A DNA stretch of 64,000 nt from an uncultured delta proteobacterium (lineage in GTDB: Bacteria > Myxococcota > Myxococcia > Myxococcales > Myxococcaceae), in NCBI GenBank assembly GCA_963713045.1, contig CAVQKE010000007.1, positions 32,001 to 96,000 on the forward strand, given 5' to 3'. Positions 53,696 to 63,490 of this stretch are shown here, piece by piece (position 1 is the stretch's first letter; every line of letters starts with the position of its first letter). Under the pieces are notes generated by a model. It saw only the letters and a list, made by a program, of their open reading frames with translations. It did no database searches and was not told the DNA's origin. Made by a program: the position numbers and the translations under genes.

Positions 53696-53880
53696 TTGGG
53701 GACGGGTGTCGAGAAGGGCCAACTGGACCCTCAGCAACGTCGGTCGTGCCCTTCGGCGGCATGCCGCGCGCCCACACCTCGTCGACTTCCCTCCGGACGA
53801 TGGAGTCAATTCCCCGAGTCACCGTCTTCGGGCCGGAGCCCTGCGCCTGCGGCGGCCAAGGTCGTTCACCCCATTCCTGC

Positions 53881-54924
53881 CTACCGAGGCAAGAGAGCGT
53901 CGAGGGCCGCGCCGTTGTCTCCGAGCACATCCCACTGCATTCGAAGAGGGTCGGCAAAGACGCTCACTCCACCCGCCTGGTCGACGAGGTGCGTCGCCAG
54001 GAGTCCGTACTGCTCTGAACCCTGGAACAACTGTTCAGCGACAACCAAGCGACGTTCATTGCGGGCGCCCTCACCCACCGGCTCCTGCAACAGCCGCTCA
54101 AAGTATTGAATCCCAATCTCGCGAGCCCGAGCCTGGTGCACGACTCCCACGACGACGATGACTGAATCCCAAGCGTCAGGATTGACACTGGAGACCAGTC
54201 GCCGAGTGGTCTCGACCGCAGCATGAAGTGCCCGGAGACTCTCCGCTGAGATGTCCCGCAGATTCTCGATGAGATCGCCGCGAACCGACTGGAAATAGCT
54301 CCGCCGAGCATCCGGCCCGAGTCCACCTTGGGAAAAGGTTGCAACCGCCTGCCGGGTACGTTCCAAAATTCTGCGCTGTCTCGCTCGAAGACTGGCAGGC
54401 AGCAACGTCGCGGTCGGTGACGACGCGTCTCCCATCTGGACTAGAGCAGCATCGAGGGCGTCGAGAGTGCGGGCCACGTGTTGGTCGCGCACAGCCCCTG
54501 GCTGCTCTGCGAAGAGGAGCGCTGCTAAGAAGACAGCGTGCGAGACGTCTTTGACCGGATGGTACGCTTTGGGAACGACGAAAGTTCGAAGAACCTCCTT
54601 CCCCATGTAGCGGGCTTCATAGAGTCCGAAGGAGTAACGCAGAACCAGGCGTTTGGACTCCAATTCCGTACATTGCTCATCTCGCGCCCGCGCATGCGCT
54701 TCGAGGAACTCTGTGTTGAGGTCTGAAAGCGGGCCCTTCACACCAAATTCTGCCTCAGCGGTTTGATGCACGTCAGCGCGGCACCAAGAGGCGTGCTCCG
54801 CGGGTCGTGCCGTCGGGACCCCCTGGCTGGAGGTAGTTGGGGACGGTGTCGAGTGGGCCTGACATGCGAGCGATAGCAGTAGAAACAGATGCAAAAGCCC
54901 GCCTCGGCCGGAGCCCGTTCCCAC
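53881..54924 (-). CDS. Hypothetical lipoprotein
   Basis: Lipobox LSLAC; long helical ORF containing YHPVKDVSH and HQARARE. Confidence 0.65.
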   Translation of the reverse strand: MGTGSGRGGLLHLFLLLSLACQAHSTPSPTTSSQGVPTARPAEHASWCRADVHQTAEAEFGVKGPLSDLNTEFLEAHARARDEQCTELESKRLVLRYSFGLYEARYMGKEVLRTFVVPKAYHPVKDVSHAVFLAALLFAEQPGAVRDQHVARTLDALDAALVQMGDASSPTATLLPASLRARQRRILERTRQAVATFSQGGLGPDARRSYFQSVRGDLIENLRDISAESLRALHAAVETTRRLVSSVNPDAWDSVIVVVGVVHQARAREIGIQYFERLLQEPVGEGARNERRLVVAEQLFQGSEQYGLLATHLVDQAGGVSVFADPLRMQWDVLGDNGAALDALLPR

Positions 54925-55097
54925 GTATCCAGCTCTCCTCCCAAGGAGTTCACCGGCCCCACTCAACTCCCCACTGTTGGCCTGTCTTGTTTCGATTTCG
55001 GTGGCCCTCGCAGCAGCGTTGTTAGCCTCGATAGGGTGAGGGCGGCCCAAGCAACAGGGAACCGAGCGTCACCCCGACCTTCTCGCGTTGCTCGGAG

Positions 55098-56495
55098 CTA
55101 ATCGCCTCCTGGACCGAGCATTTTTGATGGATCCACAATCTTGTCGAACTCGGCAGCTGTGACAAATCCCAAATTCAGCGCTGCCTCCTTCAGTGTGAGA
55201 TTGTTGTCCAATGCATGGTGGGCGATTTTGGACGCTTTGTCGTATCCAATCACCGGCGACAGCGCAGTCACCAACATCAAGGAATTTGCGACATCTTGAT
55301 GGATTTTGGTTAAGTTTGGTTTGGTGCCTTCGACCAGAAACCGTCTAAAGTTGGTGCATCCGTCAGTCAAGAGCTCGAGCGAATGAGCAACATTATAAAT
55401 CATGAGGGGTTTATAGACGTTCATCTCGAGGTGGCCACCGGCACCGCCGAAGCCAACCGCCACGTCGTTCGCCATGACTTGCACGGCAATCATGGCAAGC
55501 GCCTCAGCTTGGGTCGGGTTTACCTTCCCTGGCATAATCGATGAGCCCGGTTCGTTGGAAGGAAGGATTAACTCCGCAAACCCTGCCCGTGGCCCACAGG
55601 ACATCAAACGGACGTCATTTGAAATCTTATAAAGCGATGCCGCTAGAGTTCGAAGAGTCCCCGAAAGTTGAACCAAGGCGTCGTGAGCGCCCTGCGCCGC
55701 GAATTTGTTCGGCGCGGTGACAAATGGAAGCCCTGTGAGCCTTGCAATCTGTTCCGCTGCTGCTTCGGCAAACCCGGGCGCCGCGTTCAATCCGGTTCCA
55801 ACCGCCGTTCCGCCGAGTGCCAACTGGTAGGTTCCCTCCAGTGCGGTGTCTAGACGGGTAAGGTCGTCAGAAAGCATCCAGGAATACCCTGACCACTCCT
55901 GGCCGAGGGTCAGCGGCGTCGCATCCTGCAAATGCGTCCGGCCAATTTTGATAATGTCCTTCCATTCGTTGCTCTTTGCTTGAATGGCGTCGCGGAGATC
56001 GCGCACCGCTGGAATCAGCTTCTGCTTTACGCTGAGGGACGCCGCGATGTACATCGCCGTCGGGAACGTGTCATTGGACGACTGTCCCATGTTCACATGG
56101 TCGTTCGGATGGACCGGCTTCTTCGAGCCCAACGGCGTGCCCGCGATTTGGCAACAGCGGTTGGAGATGACCTCATTCACGTTCATGTTGAACTGCGTAC
56201 CGCTCCCGGTCATCCACACGTGGAGCGGAAACATGTTGTGATGCTCACCCGCGAGAATCTCGTCGCAAACGTGAACGATGAGCTGGTACTGCTCGAAGGG
56301 AAGCCTCTTACCGTTGTGGTTGGCAATGGCTGCCGCCTTTTTCAAGACGGCATAGGCCGCAATCATCTCTCGTGGAATGAGGTCATGACCAATACTGAAA
56401 TATTCAAGCGAGCGCTGTGTCTGCGCTCCCCAGAGCTTATCGGCTGGGACCTCGACAGTCCCGAGGCTGTCTGTTTCCTGTCGCATCGCTGACAT
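55098..56495 (-). CDS. fumC: Class II fumarate hydratase
   Basis: [50 protein letters not shown]. Confidence 0.95.
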   Translation of the reverse strand: MSAMRQETDSLGTVEVPADKLWGAQTQRSLEYFSIGHDLIPREMIAAYAVLKKAAAIANHNGKRLPFEQYQLIVHVCDEILAGEHHNMFPLHVWMTGSGTQFNMNVNEVISNRCCQIAGTPLGSKKPVHPNDHVNMGQSSNDTFPTAMYIAASLSVKQKLIPAVRDLRDAIQAKSNEWKDIIKIGRTHLQDATPLTLGQEWSGYSWMLSDDLTRLDTALEGTYQLALGGTAVGTGLNAAPGFAEAAAEQIARLTGLPFVTAPNKFAAQGAHDALVQLSGTLRTLAASLYKISNDVRLMSCGPRAGFAELILPSNEPGSSIMPGKVNPTQAEALAMIAVQVMANDVAVGFGGAGGHLEMNVYKPLMIYNVAHSLELLTDGCTNFRRFLVEGTKPNLTKIHQDVANSLMLVTALSPVIGYDKASKIAHHALDNNLTLKEAALNLGFVTAAEFDKIVDPSKMLGPGGD

Positions 56496-56886
56496 GGCCG
56501 CCGGTCCTCCAGAGGAGCGCTGGAATGGAACAACGCCGCAGCCCAATGTCAACACAGCTCTTGCGGCGCGACCGCCTTCGCGACACTCCCGGATGCGGTC
56601 CAAATAGCGGTCAAACACCTGGCGACATCCTTTGCCACATCGACTTTATCGACGAAGACGAGGCGAAAGCGCTCGACGCCAGCCGAAGAAGACGCACGAC
56701 ACCGCAGCGGTGCATGCCAAGGGTGAATGGCCAGGCGGACCCTGACGAACGGCGCCGTGTACCCGCGAGAAGCACAACGGCCGAATGAGCTGAGATGGCC
56801 CGCCGGGGCCTGGGGGAGGTTTGGGCTTGGCGCCGCGCGGCAACCGGAGGAAGCTAGACGAAGCCACTCCCCAGAAGGAGAATCCG

Positions 56887-57441
56887 ATGAATTGGAGCGC
56901 CTTGCGTTTTCTGGCCAGTGCCTCAGCAGTCCTGCTCGGCACGGGTTGCGCCTCCGCACCTGCACTCGCGCCCCCCAGCGTCCCGGCTGACCTCGAAGCG
57001 CCGGCGACAATGGCTCCGGCTCTGCGTTGGTTTGCCCGTGGCACTCAAAACTACACCTGCACCGCTCGGGCAGATGGCACCGGGGCGGAGTGGAAGCTGA
57101 CCGCGCCCGAGGCAACGCTGTACGCCGGCCCCGAGGCCACGGCCCTCGCCGTGGGGACCCACGGGGCCGGCCCGTCCTGGGTTGCCACGGACGGCAGTCG
57201 GTTTGTGGGAAATGCGGCTGCCGCCAAGCGCGCACCCTCCCCTGAACCGGGTGCCGTCCCCTGGCTTCTGGTGCCGAAGAAGGAGGGCGATGCCAGCGGG
57301 ACGCTCGGCGGAATGGAATACGTCCAGCGGGTGGACACCCACGGCGGTCAGCCGCCAGCGACCGGCTGCGACGCCACCAGCGTGGGCGCGACCCTCAAGG
57401 TGAACTACTCGGCGACGTACATTTTTTACCGGTCTCGGTAA
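56887..57441 (+). CDS. DUF3455 family lipoprotein
   Basis: RBS AAGGAG; ARGTQNYTC, APEATL, HGAGPSW..DGS, VPWLL, YVQRVDT.GG..P, YSATY.FY. Confidence 0.85.
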   Translation: MNWSALRFLASASAVLLGTGCASAPALAPPSVPADLEAPATMAPALRWFARGTQNYTCTARADGTGAEWKLTAPEATLYAGPEATALAVGTHGAGPSWVATDGSRFVGNAAAAKRAPSPEPGAVPWLLVPKKEGDASGTLGGMEYVQRVDTHGGQPPATGCDATSVGATLKVNYSATYIFYRSR

Positions 57442-57477
57442 CGGCCGACGCCTGGGCGAAGTCCTTGCGGGCAGCGG

Positions 57478-59178
57478 TTAGGGGGCCGGGAGAATGCTGG
57501 CGTACTCCGGAACCCAGCTGCTGTCTTGCACGCGTCGACGGGTCGCGCTTTCCGTTGCTGCGGGCGCGACCCCTGCACGGACGGCTTCCAGCGCCACGGC
57601 GGTTGCCACGTGCTGGGCAAGCGTGGGGAGGGCCTCCAGCGAGGGAAGCAGCGGGGCGTCAGCACCGGTCCGCGCGGGCGACAGCTCCCCCAGCGCTTCA
57701 GCGGCGGCCAGCATCATCCCATCGGTGACGCGGGAGGCACGCGAGGCGGTGACTGCAAGTCCAATTGCCGGAAAAATGTAGAGGTTGTTGCATTGGGCAA
57801 CGCTGATGGTGCGGCCGAGGAGGCGGACCGGCGGACACGGGCTGCCGCTGGCCACCAGCGCTCGACCATCGGTCCAACGAAGGAGGTCACCCGGCGCCGC
57901 CTCCTGGCGGTCGGTGGGATTGGACAGCGGGAAGATGATGGGCCGCGAGACTTTGCTGGCCATCATCTGCACGGCAGCCTGAGAGAAGGCGCCAGGCTGT
58001 GCGGAGACACCCACCAGCACCGTTGCCCTGACCCGTTTCAGCACGTCCAGCAGCCCAATTTGGCCGTCCGGGCCAGTCCCCCAGTCGGCCACGGCTTCGC
58101 GCGGCTGAGCAAACTTCTGCTGCACCGGCGACAAATTGGCCATTCCGGTGTGCAGTAGCCCGTACAAGTCCAGGAGAAAGAAGCGTCGCCGCGCCTCGGC
58201 CTCGGAAAGCCCACGGCGGCCCATGGCCAGGAGTAAGTGTTCAGCCAGCCCGGTGCCGGCGCTGCCACCGCCGACGATGACAACGTTTTGCTCGACCAGC
58301 CGTTCCCCGGTCACCTGCAGCGCACCCTGAAGGGCGCCCGCCACGACGGCTGCAGTGCCCTGGATGTCGTCGTTGAAGGTGCACAGCCGGTTTCGGTACC
58401 TGTCGAGGAGCGGCCGGGCATGGGGCCGGGCAAAATCCTCCCACTGCAGGAGGACCTGCGGGAGGGCACGCTCGACTGCGGTGACGAAGTCCTCGACGAA
58501 ATTCCAGTACTCCTCGCCGCCGATGCGTTCGTGCTTCCAGCCGATGTAGTCCGGCGCCCGGAGGCGGTCAGGGTTGTTGGTACCGACGTCGAGCAGCACC
58601 GGCAGCGTGCGGGAGGGTTCGATTCCCCCGATGAGGGAATAGAGCTGAAGCTTGCCGATGGGGATGGCCATCCCGCCCGCCCCTTGGTCGCCGATGCCCA
58701 GGATGCGCTCTCCATCGGTGACGACGATGACGTCCACCTCGCGGTACGGCCGACTTTCGAGAAGCTCGTCCATGCGCTCGCGCAGCGGGTAGGAGATGAA
58801 CAGGCCACGTGGACGGCGATAGATGCGGGAGAAGTTGATGCAGCCCAGCGCCACGGTCGGGGTGTAGACGATGGGCGTCATCTCCTCGATGTGTCGGCTC
58901 AGCAGCGCGAGACAAAGCGTCTCGTTGGTGTCTTGCAAAGCGCGCAGGTAAATATGCCGCTCGAGGTCATTGTCCTTGAGACGGTAGGCTTCGTAGGCCC
59001 GTGCACACTGTTGTTCCAGCGTTTCCACGGCGGGCGGCAATAGGCCGTGAAGCTTGAGGGCGCTCCGCTCGCTTTCGCTGAAGGCGGTACCCTTATTGAA
59101 GACCGGCTCGGTCAAGAGGTGCTGGCCACGCAGCTGTGTCCGGATGACGGTGCCAGTCGGGTCGGCGGCGGTGGCCAT
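57478..59178 (-). CDS. maeA: NAD-dependent malic enzyme
   Basis: NKGTAF, PIVYTPTV, VTDGERILGIGD, QWEDF, FNDDIQGT, FPLSNPT, QCNN.YIFP. Confidence 0.95.
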   Translation of the reverse strand: MATAADPTGTVIRTQLRGQHLLTEPVFNKGTAFSESERSALKLHGLLPPAVETLEQQCARAYEAYRLKDNDLERHIYLRALQDTNETLCLALLSRHIEEMTPIVYTPTVALGCINFSRIYRRPRGLFISYPLRERMDELLESRPYREVDVIVVTDGERILGIGDQGAGGMAIPIGKLQLYSLIGGIEPSRTLPVLLDVGTNNPDRLRAPDYIGWKHERIGGEEYWNFVEDFVTAVERALPQVLLQWEDFARPHARPLLDRYRNRLCTFNDDIQGTAAVVAGALQGALQVTGERLVEQNVVIVGGGSAGTGLAEHLLLAMGRRGLSEAEARRRFFLLDLYGLLHTGMANLSPVQQKFAQPREAVADWGTGPDGQIGLLDVLKRVRATVLVGVSAQPGAFSQAAVQMMASKVSRPIIFPLSNPTDRQEAAPGDLLRWTDGRALVASGSPCPPVRLLGRTISVAQCNNLYIFPAIGLAVTASRASRVTDGMMLAAAEALGELSPARTGADAPLLPSLEALPTLAQHVATAVALEAVRAGVAPAATESATRRRVQDSSWVPEYASILPAP

Positions 59179-59576
59179 CAGCTCTTCGTTTTCCTGTGCA
59201 CGGGCCGCCGCCCACGGGCAGATGAACTGCCGACGGCGAGCGCTGAGGCGAGTTTGGCAGGAGCGATGGTTTGGTAACTTTCGCTCACCCAGGCCGCGAG
59301 CAATTTCACTGGGGGACGGGCACCACGAGCGAAGCGGGCAGAGACCCACCCGGCGCGTCCGAGGCCGTAGCCTGTCGGCTCGGCAAAGGACAGGATGAGT
59401 GCCGCGCCCTGCGACTGCGGCAACTTGACCGAGAGCGCGAGGTGTTTAGCGTCGTAGTGCATGAAGAGGAAGACCTTTTTCTTCACCTTGAAGGCGCGCT
59501 CGCCCCAGGGAAAGTCCTCATGCACCTCGGGAAAGCCGAGCGCAATCTTCCGAAGCGCAGCGCCAGCTTTCACCAT
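59178..59576 (-). CDS. MmcQ/YjbR family protein
   Basis: [35 protein letters not shown]. Confidence 0.88.
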   Translation of the reverse strand: MVKAGAALRKIALGFPEVHEDFPWGERAFKVKKKVFLFMHYDAKHLALSVKLPQSQGAALILSFAEPTGYGLGRAGWVSARFARGARPPVKLLAAWVSESYQTIAPAKLASALAVGSSSARGRRPVHRKTKS

Positions 59577-59802
59577 CGGACTCACCGCCACGGGTAGCCC
59601 CCTCTTCAGACGAGCGACTGGGCAATCGTCTGCCGGCTGAGGACTTCGCCGCAAGCCCTGCGCAGAGCGAAGTCGGTGCCGTTGGCGAGCACCCCAGGGC
59701 ACTTCTCGAACTGGGGCATCCGGATTCGGAGACCAAGACGCTCCGGCCTTCATTTCCGGTCCAGCGCGCCCAAGTCGGGTGGCGATTCTGGGTCCGCTTG
59801 CC

Positions 59803-60099
59803 TTACTTCTTCTTGTCCAGCTGGTCCTTGGCCTTCTTCAACAAGTCCTCGGACGTGGCCTGAGCCTGCTTCAAGAATTGCTGAGACTTGGCACGTGCTT
59901 GTTCGACGAAACTCGCCGACTTGGAGCGCGCCTGTTCGAGGAGGTCCTCGGCGTTCTGCTTTGCCTTGTCGACGTCGCCCGTGTGGTCCGCCAGTCCCTC
60001 CAGAAACTTTGCTCGTGCCTTGTCGTAGGCATCGCCCGCGAGCTTCTGCAGGGAAGTTGCCGCATCGCGCAGTTGGGGCGGTAGGTCTTCCAGTTTCAT
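59803..60099 (-). CDS. Small Lys/Ala/Gln-rich amphipathic helical protein
   Basis: RBS GAGGAGG; 11-aa periodic helical repeats. Confidence 0.7.
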   Translation of the reverse strand: MKLEDLPPQLRDAATSLQKLAGDAYDKARAKFLEGLADHTGDVDKAKQNAEDLLEQARSKSASFVEQARAKSQQFLKQAQATSEDLLKKAKDQLDKKK

Positions 60100-60300
60100 A
60101 GCGTTTCCTCCTCTTTCCAGGTCCCACAGCAGCACCGGAAGGTTACACCGGTTCACCTTGGAGAAGTGGAAGGCCCAGGGCTGCACAATGTCAGGGCCAG
60201 GTCAGGCTCGGCCAAGAGACTGTTGGCCACAAGCCTCGAAGAAAATTTCCTGGCATCAGCCGTTGCAGTGGAAGGGCCGCTCTGAGATGGTGCCCAACTC

Positions 60301-61452
60301 TTGGATACCCAACTGAAGCAGTGTCTGTCGTACCGGTCCATCGGCGGCGAGGTCGAGCAGTTCCGCGGCAAGGTCCCGATGTACGACTTCATCGAAGGCT
60401 ACATCGACGGCCGTTTCGAGGTGAACGAGGACCTGCAGGACTTTCTGCGCCGCGGGGAGTTCATCAACTACCGGCTGACGGCTGGACAGGTGGGCTTCAT
60501 TCTCGCCGGGTTCCTGCCCTCGGTGTTGGTGCACACCCGCTCGATGGACAAGAAGCTGGTGACCGGCCACTACGACCGGGGAAATGACTTCTTCGCCGCA
60601 TTTCTCGGCGAGCTGATGGTCTACACCTCAGGCTTCTTCGTCACCGGGAACGAGACGCTCGAGCAAGCCCAGCTGAACAAGCTGAACATCGTGGGCGAGA
60701 AACTCCAGCTGCGTCCGGGCGAGAAGCTGCTCGACGTGGGATGTGGCTGGGGAACACTGGTCCGGCATTGCGCCGAGATTTTTGGGGTCGACGCCACCGG
60801 GGTGACCCTCAGCGCGCGCCAAGCGGAGCTCGGGACGGAGCGCATCGCGGCAGCGGGTCTGCAGGACCGGGCCCGCGTGCTGACCCTCGACTACCGAGCC
60901 ATTCCGGAGGCGCGCTACAACAAAATCAGCGTCCTCGAAATGGCCGAGCACGTCGGCATCCGGAACTTCCAAAAATTCCTCCGCCAGCTCTCTGGGATGC
61001 TGGCCGACGATGGCCTGTTTTTCCTCCAGATTGCCGGTCTCCGCCGCAACTGGACCCCCGAGGACTTCAGCTGGGGGATGTTCATGTCGAAGTACATTTT
61101 CCAGGGAGCCGATGCGAGTCTCCCCTTAAGCTTCGTCACCAAACAGCTTGAGTGCGCCGGCTTCGAAATCCACAGCGTCGAGAACATCGGTATCCACTAC
61201 TCGCTGACCATCGAGCGGTGGTACCGGAACTGGCTGTCCAACAAGGACGCGGTGGTGAAGGCCTACGGCGAGCGCTGGTTCCGCCTGTGGAACCTCTTCC
61301 TGGCCTGGTCGGTGGTGGTTCCCGAGCGCGGAGGCTCCACCTGCTTTCAGGTGGTGTGCAACAAGAATACGTCCAGCTTCTACCGCCGCCGCTTCATCGG
61401 CGAGCAGCGTCGGCTGGGAGAAGTTGCCGCGCGCCAGCTGCCTGCGGCCTAG
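60301..61452 (+). CDS. SAM-dependent lipid methyltransferase (CFA synthase family; sphingolipid C9-methyltransferase-like)
   Basis: HYDRGNDFF, VYTSG, LDVGCGWG, GVTLS..Q, LEMAEHVG, KYIF.GAD, HYSLTI..W. Confidence 0.88.
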   Translation: MDTQLKQCLSYRSIGGEVEQFRGKVPMYDFIEGYIDGRFEVNEDLQDFLRRGEFINYRLTAGQVGFILAGFLPSVLVHTRSMDKKLVTGHYDRGNDFFAAFLGELMVYTSGFFVTGNETLEQAQLNKLNIVGEKLQLRPGEKLLDVGCGWGTLVRHCAEIFGVDATGVTLSARQAELGTERIAAAGLQDRARVLTLDYRAIPEARYNKISVLEMAEHVGIRNFQKFLRQLSGMLADDGLFFLQIAGLRRNWTPEDFSWGMFMSKYIFQGADASLPLSFVTKQLECAGFEIHSVENIGIHYSLTIERWYRNWLSNKDAVVKAYGERWFRLWNLFLAWSVVVPERGGSTCFQVVCNKNTSSFYRRRFIGEQRRLGEVAARQLPAA

Positions 61453-61461
61453 GCCCGCGCG

Positions 61462-61890
61462 TCACCGACCCTGCGGTGCCGCCAACAGCGTCTCCGCCTC
61501 GGCCACTGAAGTGGCCAGGTGGGCGGTGTAGCCTTCGGCGCGCGACTGCCGCTCGAGCTTGAGAATGACGTCCGGCAGTGGGCCGCACACGCGGACGACG
61601 CGTCCCACCTCGTTCGCCACCAGAGAGGACTGGAGCCGCTTGACGTGAGGCATGCACGCGTCGGGTAGGCTGGCCAGTCCAGAGAGGTCCGCCAGGACGT
61701 CGAAGCCGGCGCGTAGCTTACTGAGCGCTGCGATGACGGCCGAGGCGCAGGCAAACACTTCTTCCGGTGTGGGGTGCCCCCAGGCCTTGAAGAGCAAACG
61801 GTTGTGCGAACGCAGGGTGCGAATTTCAAATTGCAACGGCGCTCCTCGAAACGGGGGGCGGTCTGCTGCTGCCGCCGCCTCCCAAATGCC
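61462..61890 (-). CDS. Hypothetical STAS/SpoIIAA-like small protein (start uncertain)
   Basis: RLLFKAWG..FDVLADLS..VGRVVRV..ATSVAEAE pattern. Confidence 0.55.
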   Translation of the reverse strand, partial: GIWEAAAAADRPPFRGAPLQFEIRTLRSHNRLLFKAWGHPTPEEVFACASAVIAALSKLRAGFDVLADLSGLASLPDACMPHVKRLQSSLVANEVGRVVRVCGPLPDVILKLERQSRAEGYTAHLATSVAEAETLLAAPQGR

Positions 61891-62080
61891 ACTGGTGCGT
61901 CGCCGGCACCCTAACTTAGGCTTATGTCGTAGCGCAGTGTGGGTATTGTGACCCCACCTGGGTGGGAGGCACCCCCGCAGCTGGTGGGGGCCGACGCCCC
62001 CACCCGTCCAGTGTCCAGTGATGCCGGCCGGTTGCGCTGACGCTGCGAAGTCACTTCGCACGGGTGGTCAATTTTGGCAC

Positions 62081-62096
62081 TGGCACGTGCCCTGCT
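62081..62096 (+). promoter_or_regulatory. sigma54-like promoter
   Basis: TGGCACGTGCCCTGCT (GG-N10-GC), about 45 bp upstream of ATG 62141. Confidence 0.6.
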
Positions 62097-62140
62097 GTGA
62101 GAGGAGTGGGCAAGGAGCGAATCAAGAACGCGGGCTGCAC

Positions 62141-62392
62141 ATGGCGTGGACTTTCGGCAAACGGGAAGCAAAAGGGGCGCCGGTCCGCTGTAACTGGTGT
62201 CGCGCGCCGCTGGCGCTGCAGCAGCCTTCAGGGCTTCTGCCGCCGGCGGATGAACTCCACGCCCACGGGGCAGTGTCGGTGAAGCGGCTCGGCTGGTTTT
62301 GCGGGCGGCGCTGCGTGGCGGCCTACGAAGCGCGATTTCGGGTAATTCTCGAGCCCGACACCCAAGGCAGCCCCGAGCCTCGCACCGCCTGA
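62141..62392 (+). CDS. Small treble-clef (TRASH/FCS-like) zinc-finger protein, copy 1
   Basis: VRCNWC...GAVSVKRLGWFCGRRCVAAYEARFRVILEP; paralogue adjacent. Confidence 0.75.
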   Translation: MAWTFGKREAKGAPVRCNWCRAPLALQQPSGLLPPADELHAHGAVSVKRLGWFCGRRCVAAYEARFRVILEPDTQGSPEPRTA

Positions 62393-62457
62393 GCCACTCG
62401 TCACGGCGGTGACGGCTGCACACCCTTCCCGAGAACAGCTTGGGAGGGGGAACGGGC

Positions 62458-62697
62458 ATGTGGATTCTCTCCAAACGACCGGTGCGGACGTCTGTCCGCT
62501 GCAGCTTCTGCCGGCGAGCACGACACGGGGTGGACGAAGTCCTGGTTCCCGAGGCGAAGCGGCTGACAGCTCAGGGGGCCGTGCCGATGAAGCGGGTGGG
62601 TTGGTTCTGCTCGCGGGAATGCGTCGGCGCTTATGAATCTCGCTTTCGCGTCATTTTGGAACCCGAGCCCTGTTCCGCCTACGAAGCGAACCGGTGA
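62458..62697 (+). CDS. Small treble-clef (TRASH/FCS-like) zinc-finger protein, copy 2
   Basis: RBS GGAGG; VRCSFC...GAVPMKRVGWFCSRECVGAYESRFRVILEP. Confidence 0.75.
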   Translation: MWILSKRPVRTSVRCSFCRRARHGVDEVLVPEAKRLTAQGAVPMKRVGWFCSRECVGAYESRFRVILEPEPCSAYEANR

Positions 62698-62925
62698 GCC
62701 GCGGGCCTTCGCTGGGGGGAGGCGCGCAGGCGACTGTCCTCGCGCGCGCGTCGCTTGCAAAGGCGGGCGTGCCGGCCTGCTCCGACTGCGAGCACCGGCA
62801 ACTCCCAAGTCCAAGATGAGCCCCCCTCGAGCGAACTAAGTTGCCTGTGCCGCACCCTTTGCGCGGGGAAACGGCCGCCGCGCACCCCTTGGACATCGGG
62901 CACACCCCGCCAGGGCTACAGCAGA

Positions 62926-62941
62926 GGGCACCCCTCTTGCA
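62926..62941 (+). promoter_or_regulatory. sigma54-like promoter
   Basis: GGGCACCCCTCTTGCA (GG-N10-GC) upstream of the hemerythrin gene. Confidence 0.45.
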
Positions 62942-63037
62942 CAAGGGGGTAGCGCTGCCCATGCCCGAGGCCACGCGCACAGCTGACAGCCGGCATTGGC
63001 CATTCGCTGGCCCGTACAAGCCCAGGAGGTTTGCGAC

Positions 63038-63490
63038 ATGGAGCTAACTGCCAGTCAAGTCCGCAAACTCATCCTCGACGAACATTCCGTTCTACGGGAT
63101 GAAATGGCGGACATCGGCACGCTGCTGGAAGACATTGCTGCCAAGCGAAGGGAAACGGCCGAGCGGCTACGGCACCGCCTGGCAAGCTTTTACGACGCCT
63201 TCCTCAAGCACATTTCCCACGAGGACAGCTTGCTTCGGCCCGTGCTGGCCAACATCGACGCCTGGGGCGCCGTCCGGGTGGAGAAGATGGACGACGAGCA
63301 CCGAGAGCAGCGGGCCAGCATTGCGGCCCTTGTCGGGCTCGACCCCAACCGCGACTTCGAGGGCTACCTCTCGCGCGTCCAGGCCTTCGTCGCAGCGGTG
63401 GCAGCAGACATGGCCACCGAGGAGCAGGAGTGCCTCAGCCCCGAGACGCTGCGGGAAGACACCATCGTTATCGACTACTTCACCGGGTAG
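63038..63490 (+). CDS. Hemerythrin-like (HHE) domain protein
   Basis: RBS AGGAGG; DEHSVLR, HISHED..L.P, DEHREQR, DMATEE..L. Confidence 0.85.
   Translation: MELTASQVRKLILDEHSVLRDEMADIGTLLEDIAAKRRETAERLRHRLASFYDAFLKHISHEDSLLRPVLANIDAWGAVRVEKMDDEHREQRASIAALVGLDPNRDFEGYLSRVQAFVAAVAADMATEEQECLSPETLREDTIVIDYFTG

Noticed and set aside
56887..57441. DUF3455 as a malate dehydrogenase
   Set aside because: No Rossmann motif; lipoprotein signal; proximity to fumC/maeA is insufficient evidence.
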